From NCBI GenBank assembly GCA_963710195.1, contig CAVPZF010000008.1:1179410-1243409 (forward strand): DNA of 64,000 nucleotides, read 5' to 3'. Positions within the stretch are counted from its first letter, which is position 1. Every line of letters begins with the position of its first letter. This document shows, piece after piece, positions 37,460-45,329 of this stretch. A program made the position numbers and the translations under genes. The notes under the pieces are model-generated. The model was given only the letters and a program-made list of their open reading frames with translations. It was not told where the DNA came from and ran no database searches. This DNA comes from Lewinellaceae bacterium. GTDB lineage: Bacteria > Bacteroidota > Bacteroidia > Chitinophagales > Saprospiraceae.

Positions 37460-38482
37460 ATGGCAACCATCCAGAGTAATCCTACTCCCGACCCTCAGTT
37501 TACCCCCACCCCGCGTCCGCAAAAGAATCGTACGCCTCTCCTGGCGGGCATCATCGGCGTATTGCTCATCGCCCTCATCGCCCTCGGCATCGGCTTCATG
37601 AACCGGGGTACGGATAACGCAAAGGTTACCACCGACCTAGTCGAGATGGAGCAGTTTAAGGCCCAGGCCGAAAAGCAGTACTACGAATCCCTCGCCGAGC
37701 TGGAGGAAATGCGCGGCAGCAACGAAGAGCTGAACGCCATGATCGATCAGCAGAAGGAAGAGCTTCGCCTGCAGAATGAAAAGATCACCAGCCTCACGCG
37801 CGATTCCCGCAACCTCGGCTCGGCCCGCACCGAGCTCGCGGCCCTGAAGTCGCAGGTGACCGGCTACTTAGCCGAACTGGAGGAACTACGCGCCACCAAT
37901 GCGGCACTGGCCGAGGACCGGGACCGGCTGTCTAGCGAACGGGACCTGCTGAGCAGCGACCTTCAGGTCAGCCAGCAAACCAATGAGCAACTCAACAGCG
38001 AGCGGGCCGTCCTGGTCAGTGAGCGGGAGCAACTCGCGACCAAGAACAACGAACTGAGCCGCAAGGTGAATGTAGCGAGCGTACTCAAGACCAACAACGT
38101 CACGGCCGAGGGCCAGAAAATGCGCAATAGCGGTCGTTGGGTAGGTCGTAATAACGCCAAGAACGTGGAGCGTCTCTACGTGTGCTTCAATAGCCTGGAC
38201 AACGCCGTTGCCCGCGCCGGAGAAGAGACTTTCCAGATGCGCATCATCAATCCTACGGGAGAGACGATGAGTATCGAGGCGGAAGGTAGCGGAGTGCTCA
38301 CCACGGATGCCGGCGAACAGATCCCCTTCACCAAGAACGTTCCCTTCGATTTCCAGGGCGATGCCGCTAATCACTGTGCCGAGTGGAATGCTTCCGGCAC
38401 CGAGTTTGCCGAAGGGATTTACAACATTGAATTATACAACAAGGGCTTCCTGGTGGGAAGCACGGAGTTGGAACTAAAGTAA
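37460..38482 (+). CDS. Single-pass membrane protein with long coiled coil and C-terminal beta-rich domain
   Basis: One TM helix, heptad-rich middle, C-terminal EGIYNIELYNKGFLVGSTELELK. Confidence 0.75.
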   Translation: MATIQSNPTPDPQFTPTPRPQKNRTPLLAGIIGVLLIALIALGIGFMNRGTDNAKVTTDLVEMEQFKAQAEKQYYESLAELEEMRGSNEELNAMIDQQKEELRLQNEKITSLTRDSRNLGSARTELAALKSQVTGYLAELEELRATNAALAEDRDRLSSERDLLSSDLQVSQQTNEQLNSERAVLVSEREQLATKNNELSRKVNVASVLKTNNVTAEGQKMRNSGRWVGRNNAKNVERLYVCFNSLDNAVARAGEETFQMRIINPTGETMSIEAEGSGVLTTDAGEQIPFTKNVPFDFQGDAANHCAEWNASGTEFAEGIYNIELYNKGFLVGSTELELK

Positions 38483-38499
38483 CCCGACCTGCATAGGTC

Positions 38500-38535
38500 A
38501 GCGCGGGCTGCCTCCGGGGGGGGGCAGCCCGCGCT
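38500..38535. terminator. 13-bp GC-rich hairpin (terminator or mRNA-stabilising stem)
   Basis: AGCGCGGGCTGCC / GGCAGCCCGCGCT just after the stop codon; no strong U-tract. Confidence 0.5.
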
Positions 38536-38546
38536 ATATTTACGCC

Positions 38547-38864
38547 ATGCCCGTCCATCCTGCTACCGCCGACCTGCTCCGCCAGGATTTCGACCTCCCC
38601 CGTCAACCGCTCACCGAAGCGGAACTGCTGGAGTGGCTTGCCCGACGCGTGGCCGACCTGATGCGCCACCGGATGGAATACCTAATGAGTCTCTGCTACA
38701 CCCTGGACCTGGACGAGGCCGCCGTTGCCCGCGCCCTGCATCCCGCTACACCCGCGGCCCCGCACGAGGCCCTTGCCCGCTTGCTGTACGACCGGCAGTG
38801 CGCCCGGGCCCACACCAAGGCTGTTTTTCGCAGTGCTCCGCTAGACGATGCCGATGCCTGGTAG
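38547..38864 (+). CDS. Small helical hypothetical protein
   Basis: 105 aa, overlaps the start of the downstream O-methyltransferase; pattern LMSLCY.LDLDE..V..AL. Confidence 0.65.
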   Translation: MPVHPATADLLRQDFDLPRQPLTEAELLEWLARRVADLMRHRMEYLMSLCYTLDLDEAAVARALHPATPAAPHEALARLLYDRQCARAHTKAVFRSAPLDDADAW

Positions 38865-39504
38865 ATCACAACGCGACCGCCCCGACCCCCGGGCGGATTA
38901 CGCCAGCTCCTTCAGCGGTCCCGTGCCCGCTTATCTCTCTGAGGTGGAGCGGCAGACGCACCTCAGAACCCTAGCCCCCCAGCAAATGAGCGGGCGGCTG
39001 CAGGGTCGGCTCCTCGCTATGCTGTCCGCCATTCACCGGCCCGAACGTGTGCTCGAGATCGGCACCTTCACCGGCTACGCCACCCTCTGCCTGGCGGAAG
39101 GCCTAAGCGCGGACGGTGCGATAGACACCATCGAGGGGGACGCGGAGGTCGCCTGGCTGGCCCAACACCATTTCAATGCCTCCCCCTATGCGGACCAGAT
39201 TGATTTGCACGTCGGGCAGGCGGAAGAGGTGCTCGTGGCCTTGGTGGGCCCTTATGACCTCGTCTTTTTGGACGCCAATAAGCGCAGCTACCCGGAGTAC
39301 TTTGAACTCCTGGCGGAACGCATCCGGCCCGGAGGACTTTTGCTAGCAGATAATGTGTTATGGGACGGCAAGGCCGGCCGCAAGACCCGGGACGCGGACG
39401 CCGATTCGTTGCACCGCTACAACAGCCTGGTGCACCAGGACGCCCGCTTTACGGTGACCGTCCTACCGCTCCGCGACGGGCTGTCGGTTGCCCGACGTCG
39501 TTGA
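38848..39504 (+). CDS. O-methyltransferase (caffeoyl-CoA OMT/YrrM-like family)
   Basis: QGRLLAML, VLEIGTFTGY, DLVFLDA.K, ADNVLW.G and LPLRDGL motifs. Confidence 0.92.
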   Translation: MPMPGRSQRDRPDPRADYASSFSGPVPAYLSEVERQTHLRTLAPQQMSGRLQGRLLAMLSAIHRPERVLEIGTFTGYATLCLAEGLSADGAIDTIEGDAEVAWLAQHHFNASPYADQIDLHVGQAEEVLVALVGPYDLVFLDANKRSYPEYFELLAERIRPGGLLLADNVLWDGKAGRKTRDADADSLHRYNSLVHQDARFTVTVLPLRDGLSVARRR

Positions 39505-39614
39505 CCGTTGCCGGCCCCCAATTTAATTGCGGCGCTGAACAAAATATCCGTGTAGGCACATCTATAAGTGCGTGAATGCTACGCACTTAGATTATTAAAC
39601 AAAGACAGAACAAC

Positions 39615-40481
39615 ATGCAATTCATTACCACTACCGACAAAGCATCAGGCCAAGAAGTCAAGCTGCGCTATCAGGAGTACGGAAGCGGAAAACCCGTAGT
39701 TTTCATTCACGGCTGGCCGCTGACCGGCGACATGTTCGAGTACCAAATGGAGCAGCTGAGTCGGGAAGGCCTACGCTGTATTGCCTATGATCGGCGGGGT
39801 TTTGGGTATTCTTCCAAGGTAGGAGACAGCTACAATTACGACACCCTGGCCGATGATCTACAGGCGGTGCTGACAGAGCTGGACCTACGTGACGTGACCG
39901 TGGTAGGCTTTAGTATGGGCGGCGGCGAGGTGGCCCGCTACATCGGCAAATACGGCGAGGACCGCTTGTCGGCGGCTGTACTCATCAGTTCCGTTACGCC
40001 CTACATGCTCGATACCGACGACCACGAAGGCGTAGAGTGGAGTGTATTTCAGGGCATGATCGACGGGATGCGAAAGGACCGAGCCGATTTCTTCGCCACC
40101 TGGGCTAAGCAGTTTTACGGCATTGGTCTGCTGAGCCACCCCGTTAGTGACGCCTTCCTGGGCTGGACCCAGGGGATGGCCCTGAGCGGCTCGTCCCGCG
40201 CGGGGATCGACTACATTACGGCCTTCGCTAAGACGGATTTCCGTCCTGACCTCGAGAAGTTTACGATTCCTACGTTAATTATCCACGGGCAGGACGACAA
40301 GATCGTGCCCATCAAAGTAGGGGGTGACGCTACCCACCAGCTGATCCCCGCCGCCACTTACCATAAGTACGATGATGCCCCCCACGGGCTCTTCTACACC
40401 CACCGGGAGCGCCTGCATCGCGACATCCTGTCCTTCGTCCGGACCAAAGCGAGCGTCAAGCGCGAGATCGCCGTCAGCTAG
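39615..40481 (+). CDS. Alpha/beta hydrolase, non-heme chloroperoxidase/arylesterase family
   Basis: FIHGWPL, YDRRGFG.S, GFSMGGGE, IHG.DD and APHGL motifs. Confidence 0.92.
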   Translation: MQFITTTDKASGQEVKLRYQEYGSGKPVVFIHGWPLTGDMFEYQMEQLSREGLRCIAYDRRGFGYSSKVGDSYNYDTLADDLQAVLTELDLRDVTVVGFSMGGGEVARYIGKYGEDRLSAAVLISSVTPYMLDTDDHEGVEWSVFQGMIDGMRKDRADFFATWAKQFYGIGLLSHPVSDAFLGWTQGMALSGSSRAGIDYITAFAKTDFRPDLEKFTIPTLIIHGQDDKIVPIKVGGDATHQLIPAATYHKYDDAPHGLFYTHRERLHRDILSFVRTKASVKREIAVS

Positions 40482-40505
40482 GTATGTTTGACCCCCGCAC
40501 CGTAG

Positions 40506-40540
40506 AAGCGCCCACCCATCCCGATGAGTGGGCGCTTTTG
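40506..40540 (+). terminator. Intrinsic terminator between convergent genes
   Basis: AAGCGCCCAC / GTGGGCGCTT stem followed by TT. Confidence 0.7.
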
Positions 40541-41575
40541 TTATGCGTTAATGGAGGCTGCTTCCGCCTTTGGAAGTCCTTGGACTCCGTTGACGGTAGT
40601 ATACTTAAAACTGAGCTTTTTGTCGGGATAGATATAGCTGAAGGCGGACTGCACGGCCAGCGTACCCTCGTGAAATCCACACAGGATCAACTTAAGTTTA
40701 CCAGGGTAGGTATTGATGTCCCCAATGGCGTAGATGCCGGGGACGCCCGTGCTGTAGTCTCGGGTGTCGACCTCGATGGCATTCTTATCGATGGTGAGGT
40801 TCCAGTCGGAGATGGGACCGAGTTTCGGCGAGAGGCCAAAGAGGGGGACAAAGCTGTCGACAGCGATTGTTTCCTCCTCGCCCGCCTTGTGTTTGACGAT
40901 GACGCCTTCTACTTTCCGGTCGCCGACAATGCCTACCGCCTGGGCGTTGGTAACGAGATTGATTCGTCCGGCTTTGGCCAACTCCATCACCTTTTCTACG
41001 CTATCGAGGGCGCCGCGGAAACTGTCGCGGCGGTGGACGAGGGTCACTTCGGCCGCTACTTGAGCCAGGAAGATGGTCCAGTCAAGGGCCGAGTCGCCCC
41101 CGCCGGCCAAAAGTACTCGCTTGTCGCGGTAGACTTCCGGGTCTCGAATGACGTAAGCCACCCCGTTATCCTCAAAATTTTCGATGTTAGGGATGGGCGG
41201 TTTGCGGGGCTCAAAGCAGCCCAGTCCACCGGCGATGCAGATCACCGGGGCTTCGATGGTCGTACCGCGGCTGGTGGTCAAGCGGTACATCTTTTCCCCG
41301 ACCTGCTCCAGTTTGTCGGCGCGCTCCCCCAGGGTGAAGCCGGGGTGGAAAGGCTTGATCTGCTCGAGCAGGTTATCGACCAACTCCCCGGCCAGTATGC
41401 TGGGGAAGCCGGGAATATCGTAAATCGGCTTTTTGGGGTAGATCTCCGTGAGTTGTCCTCCGGGTTGACCCAGGCTGTCTATGAGGTGGCAGCGCAGTTT
41501 AAGCAGTCCGGCCTCGAAAACGGTAAATAGGCCAACGGGGCCGGCCCCAATGATTAGAATATCTGTTTGGATCAT
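40541..41575 (-). CDS. NAD(P)/FAD oxidoreductase, thioredoxin-reductase-like ferredoxin-NADP+ reductase (YumC-type)
   Basis: IIGAGPVGL, GGQL..YP.KPIYDIPG, GGGDSALDW and GDI.TYPGKLKLIL.GF.E motifs; no CXXC. Confidence 0.88.
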   Translation of the reverse strand: MIQTDILIIGAGPVGLFTVFEAGLLKLRCHLIDSLGQPGGQLTEIYPKKPIYDIPGFPSILAGELVDNLLEQIKPFHPGFTLGERADKLEQVGEKMYRLTTSRGTTIEAPVICIAGGLGCFEPRKPPIPNIENFEDNGVAYVIRDPEVYRDKRVLLAGGGDSALDWTIFLAQVAAEVTLVHRRDSFRGALDSVEKVMELAKAGRINLVTNAQAVGIVGDRKVEGVIVKHKAGEEETIAVDSFVPLFGLSPKLGPISDWNLTIDKNAIEVDTRDYSTGVPGIYAIGDINTYPGKLKLILCGFHEGTLAVQSAFSYIYPDKKLSFKYTTVNGVQGLPKAEAASINA

Positions 41576-41608
41576 CTGGTTTTACTTGCTGTGGGTTCAG
41601 TAAATTAA

Positions 41609-42295
41609 CTACAGGTGCAGCCCGCACTCCTCCTTGTCCGTCCCTGCCCAGCGACCGGCGCGGCCCTGCCCGGAGCGGGTGCAGTGGGTGCAGCCAATGG
41701 AGCCATACCCCAGGGCCTCGAGGGGGTGACGGGGCAACTTATCTTTTTCGAGGAGGTAGCGGAATTCTCCCTCCTCGATATCGATGAGCGGATGGAAGTG
41801 AATAAGTCCTTCCACCTCTTCAAAGATTTCCATGGCCGCCCGGTTCATCGTTTGGTAGCTGTGCACCCCCGACATCCATACCCGGTGGCCAGCCTTCACG
41901 GTTTTAAGCGGCATGACTTTATTATAGTGGCAACAGCGACCGGGCTGACTGTCCCACATCCTATTGTCCTGGGTGAGGGCATGTCGTTGGGGGTCGGGTA
42001 AAATTTCTGCCACCTCCAAGCCCGTAAGTTCGGCTAGGGTATTCCGATAAGCCAGGGTTTCGGGAAAGTGGTAGCCAGTATTTAAAATGTGGACCTTTTG
42101 CGCGGCGTTGGCCCGGCTCACTAGGGTCAACATGACTACGGACTTGGTTCCAAAGCTAGAAGTAAAGAGCACTTCTTGAACGGGAAAGTAGTGGTATAGC
42201 CGGGTGATCCGCTCCTGGAAGTCCAGGACGGCAAATTTTTCGTTCAGCGCGGCCAAGTCGAAGGTGACCGCCGCTCCGGGTTGGGGTGAGCTCAT
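41609..42295 (-). CDS. cysH: Phosphoadenylyl-sulfate (PAPS/APS) reductase family protein
   Basis: TSSFG, LNTGYHF.ET, CCHYNKV.PL, GY.SIGCTHCT and C-terminal KEECGLH motifs. Confidence 0.92.
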   Translation of the reverse strand: MSSPQPGAAVTFDLAALNEKFAVLDFQERITRLYHYFPVQEVLFTSSFGTKSVVMLTLVSRANAAQKVHILNTGYHFPETLAYRNTLAELTGLEVAEILPDPQRHALTQDNRMWDSQPGRCCHYNKVMPLKTVKAGHRVWMSGVHSYQTMNRAAMEIFEEVEGLIHFHPLIDIEEGEFRYLLEKDKLPRHPLEALGYGSIGCTHCTRSGQGRAGRWAGTDKEECGLHL

Positions 42296-42439
42296 ATCTC
42301 TTTGTTTTCGTCCGCTTCTTCAGGCAGGGAGGAGGGCATAGCGGCGACCCGCCTGGGCGGAGGCAAGTAAACCGCCGGTCCGCGCATTCGGTTCGACGCT
42401 TTAGTTTGCTCGCCCCTAAAGGCGATCCCGGATACCTGC

Positions 42440-42880
42440 TAGCCCTCCGCAACTAGTGTGGTCGCTTCTCTTTCGCACAGTTCGGTTTGCGGATACCACC
42501 GAAAGCGTCGGCTAACGTAAGGCGCTGGCCCGTAAGTTACCGTGCTGCCCGAGTTTTAATCGCTGCGGGATGGAGGGTAAGCGGTGATCGTGAGTCGGCC
42601 CTCCGCTCTCGTCACGTTTCGCAGGGTTTGGTTGACCTCGCGGAAGTTCGCGATTTGATGTCCAGGAGGGCCACCCGGACGTCCCCTCTATAGATACCTA
42701 CCTACTTCAGCTAGGGCTGCTCCTCCTCCCCGCTACTAGGAGGGTACCGTGTCTCCCTCTCCCCATAGTCGCGGTATGTGGGTTATCCAATTAAGGGAGA
42801 CCAACGGCGTCCTGGAGGGTCATGCTGCTACGAGCTTTCGTGACCCGGTCCTGAGCCTTCCAGGAACTGAGCATCTGATA
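42440..42880 (-). ncRNA. Candidate structured non-coding RNA or long leader (family unassigned)
   Basis: No convincing ORF; several nested stems (TCCTGGA/TCCAGGA enclosing GGGTCA/TGACCC; CCGT..GTCTCCCT/AGGGAGAC.ACGG enclosing CCC.CATA/TATGGGG). Strand and ends are inferred. Confidence 0.4.
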
Positions 42881-43114
42881 GGGGAAAAGCGAGTCTAAAG
42901 CGGAGTATATTTAAAGCAATGGGGTATACAATAACCCCATGGGCTGTGAATATTGCGTAAAAAATTTGGGCACGCATAACTCTGCGCTATTCCAAATAAT
43001 ATTCTGTTTATTCAATTTATTCAGAATGCTACCAATTATAGTTAATTTTTTCAAAACAATATTTCCCAAATTGTGTTAAAAAGGGGTTAAAAGTCTTTCC
43101 TGACGACAAGAAAA

Positions 43115-43147
43115 TTTGCTTGGGTGCGGAGAGGTAGCTTATATTTG
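43115..43147 (+). promoter_or_regulatory. Bacteroidota sigma-A promoter for the ECF sigma gene
   Basis: TTTG (43115-43118), 21-nt spacer, TATATTTG (43140-43147), in an AT-rich tract. Confidence 0.65.
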
Positions 43148-43300
43148 ATCGTAGAAAGGGGCTGCACCCCCTGTTAGTTTTTACTTTTCTCATTTCTCAT
43201 TAAAGTCTTCCTATTAGTCTATACGTCTACACTAACTGATAACTGGCAGTAGCGCCGGCTCCCGCTTCGGGAATAATCCCAAATTGAAACATCGTTAGTT

Positions 43301-43879
43301 ATGGACGTCAAGTCTCACACCGATCAGGAACTGATCAACCTCTACCTCACTGGAAACGATCGCGCATTCGAAGAATTGCTCGGCCGTCACCAGCAAAAGA
43401 TTTACACCTCCATCTACCTTTTCACGAAGGACCACAGCAAAGCGGAAGATATCTTCCAGGAGGTGTTCATCAAAATTATCGATACGCTCCGTCGGGGCAA
43501 ATACAACCACGAGGGCAAGTTCCTCCAGTGGGCCATGCGAATCTCGTACAATATGTGCGTAGACTCCTTCCGCCGCAACAAGCGCCGTCCCCAGGTCGGC
43601 CAAACCGAAACCTTTAACATCTTCGACGTACTTCAGTCCGACGAAAACAATGCCGAAGATGGCATGATCCGCAGCCAGACCCACGATAAGGTCCGCAAGC
43701 TGGTCGATGCGCTTCCCCCCGAGCAGCGTGAGGTGGTAATCCTCCGCCACTACGCCGACATGAGCTTTAAGGAAATCGCTAAGCTCACCCGCGTCAGCAT
43801 CAACACGGCCCTCGGCCGGATGCGCTACGCCCTCATCAACATGCGCAAGATGATCGAGGAGAAGGAGATCGCACTGTAG
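43301..43879 (+). CDS. RNA polymerase sigma-70 factor, ECF type
   Basis: Region 2 (AEDIFQEVFIKI, KFLQWAMRI..N.CVD) and region 4 (LPPEQREVVILR, SFKEIA, SINTALGRMRYA). Confidence 0.95.
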   Translation: MDVKSHTDQELINLYLTGNDRAFEELLGRHQQKIYTSIYLFTKDHSKAEDIFQEVFIKIIDTLRRGKYNHEGKFLQWAMRISYNMCVDSFRRNKRRPQVGQTETFNIFDVLQSDENNAEDGMIRSQTHDKVRKLVDALPPEQREVVILRHYADMSFKEIAKLTRVSINTALGRMRYALINMRKMIEEKEIAL

Positions 43880-43912
43880 TCGCTTCCTTTTGACCATTAA
43901 TCCCGAAGCAGT

Positions 43913-43949
43913 AAACCCCGTTAGCACGCGTGCTAACGGGGTTTTTTTT
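43913..43949 (+). terminator. Rho-independent terminator
   Basis: AAACCCCGTTAGCA-CGCG-TGCTAACGGGGTTT followed by a T-tract. Confidence 0.92.
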
Positions 43950-43969
43950 GGCCGGGAAGCAAGCGTAGC

Positions 43970-45271
43970 TCAGACGCCCTCGGACAGCGGGATGGGAAAT
44001 TGGGTGAAAATATCATCTCCCGCCCGGTCGATCGGCAAAAAAGTAGCGTTGAGGCGATTGTAGCGACGCAGGTCCCACATGCGGTGGCCCTCTCCCCAGA
44101 GGCTGTAGCACCGCTGGTAGAGCATCTCGTCGAGGAGGGCTTGCTGCGTGACCTCCCCGGCGTAGTCCCCGATTCCTGCAACAGTGCGAATCACGTTAAG
44201 GGCACGAACGCCTTCCTCGAGATTACCTAGGTTAATGTTAGCTTCGGCGTAGATCAGCACCAGTTCCTCGTTGCGGATGATGTCGATCGGTGCGGTCGCG
44301 GAGGAATAGAGGGCGGTTTCGAACCGTCCATTGAGGCCGTCCTGCCCATCGATCTGCACGCGCTCCCGGAACTTGTTCAAGCGCGCGTCGCCGGAGGTGG
44401 CCTCGGTGATTATACGGGGGTGAACAACGATCTGGTCGCCGCTCTGTCCGGGAGCCTTGTAGAGGGGATTGAGCAAATCCCCAGGATTTGTGCTGAATAC
44501 GTGCTGGGGGCCAGTCTGTAGACTACCCTCCAAGTCGAGGAAGCTAGCGTTGACGTAATCAAGCGCCTGTTGGTAGCGGGCAGCGTGCACAGCTACGCGA
44601 GCGGCAATCGCCCGATTGAAGCCTACAAATGTTTCCGGCGTACTGAAGCCGTCGAAACCGTCGGAGAGAGTGAAAGAGAATTCAGCACCCCCCAGGGCAC
44701 TATTGGCCTGATCCAGCAGCGCGAGTATAGCATCGTAACCCGCATCCGCACCGACAAAGGGCCCTAGGTTCTCCGAATCGTTGACGTCGAGCCGGACCCC
44801 ATTGCTGCCCAGCATATCCAGCACCTGACTCAGCATGAAGGCCTTTATGGTGTTGGCGAAGGCGCGGTAACCCTGCTTCTCCGCCTCGGTGACGAGTTCG
44901 GTGTTGTCTACTGCCTGGAGAAGAATATTAGCGGTCTTTACCACCCGGTAACGCGAGGAAAAAGGTCCGGTGATGTAAAAGGTGTTGGCGTCGAGGGTCA
45001 GGTTGTCCTTACCTAGCAAATCAGTGGTGTTCCGAGGGTCGGCATCAAAGATGTATAGTTCGCGGGCGATGCTTCCGCTGGCCGTCACGTAGCTGGTGTA
45101 GCCGTTACGCATGGTCGCCTCTATACCCGTGGCTAGTAAATTCAGTTCGGCGGGAGTAGCATTATTCAAGACGCTGGCAATGCTGGGACCATCCGGATCG
45201 AACTGCTCTTCGATCTCGCAGGAACTAAGGGTAAAAAGAAGCAGGCAAAGGATAAAGAATTGGGATTTCAT
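43970..45271 (-). CDS. RagB/SusD family lipoprotein
   Basis: Lipobox LSSC, IIRNEELVLIYAEA and GEGHRMWDLRRY motifs; directly downstream of a SusC-like gene. Confidence 0.92.
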   Translation of the reverse strand: MKSQFFILCLLLFTLSSCEIEEQFDPDGPSIASVLNNATPAELNLLATGIEATMRNGYTSYVTASGSIARELYIFDADPRNTTDLLGKDNLTLDANTFYITGPFSSRYRVVKTANILLQAVDNTELVTEAEKQGYRAFANTIKAFMLSQVLDMLGSNGVRLDVNDSENLGPFVGADAGYDAILALLDQANSALGGAEFSFTLSDGFDGFSTPETFVGFNRAIAARVAVHAARYQQALDYVNASFLDLEGSLQTGPQHVFSTNPGDLLNPLYKAPGQSGDQIVVHPRIITEATSGDARLNKFRERVQIDGQDGLNGRFETALYSSATAPIDIIRNEELVLIYAEANINLGNLEEGVRALNVIRTVAGIGDYAGEVTQQALLDEMLYQRCYSLWGEGHRMWDLRRYNRLNATFLPIDRAGDDIFTQFPIPLSEGV

Positions 45272-45329
45272 AGGGGAGGATTGATGGCGGCGGGCCGCCT
45301 GGCAGTAGTTGAAAGGGAGTGGGCGGGAG

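Noticed and set aside
39565-39589. 9-bp inverted repeat TAAGTGCGT/ACGCACTTA upstream of the alpha/beta hydrolase
   Set aside because: The repeat is real but short, with no adjacent regulator gene to tie it to; too weak to assign a function.
42296-42900. SAM-I riboswitch upstream of cysH
   Set aside because: The context is attractive, but the conserved SAM-I core (ATCxAGAG...GAGGGA..GGCCC...GCAACC...GGTGC) could not be matched; kept only as an unassigned RNA candidate.
43295-43927. Long antisense/alternate-frame ORFs (also 6904-7788, 24244-25062, 31759-32520, 52670-53449 and many others)
   Set aside because: They are shadows of well-supported genes; in high-GC DNA with strong third-position bias such stop-free antisense frames are expected.
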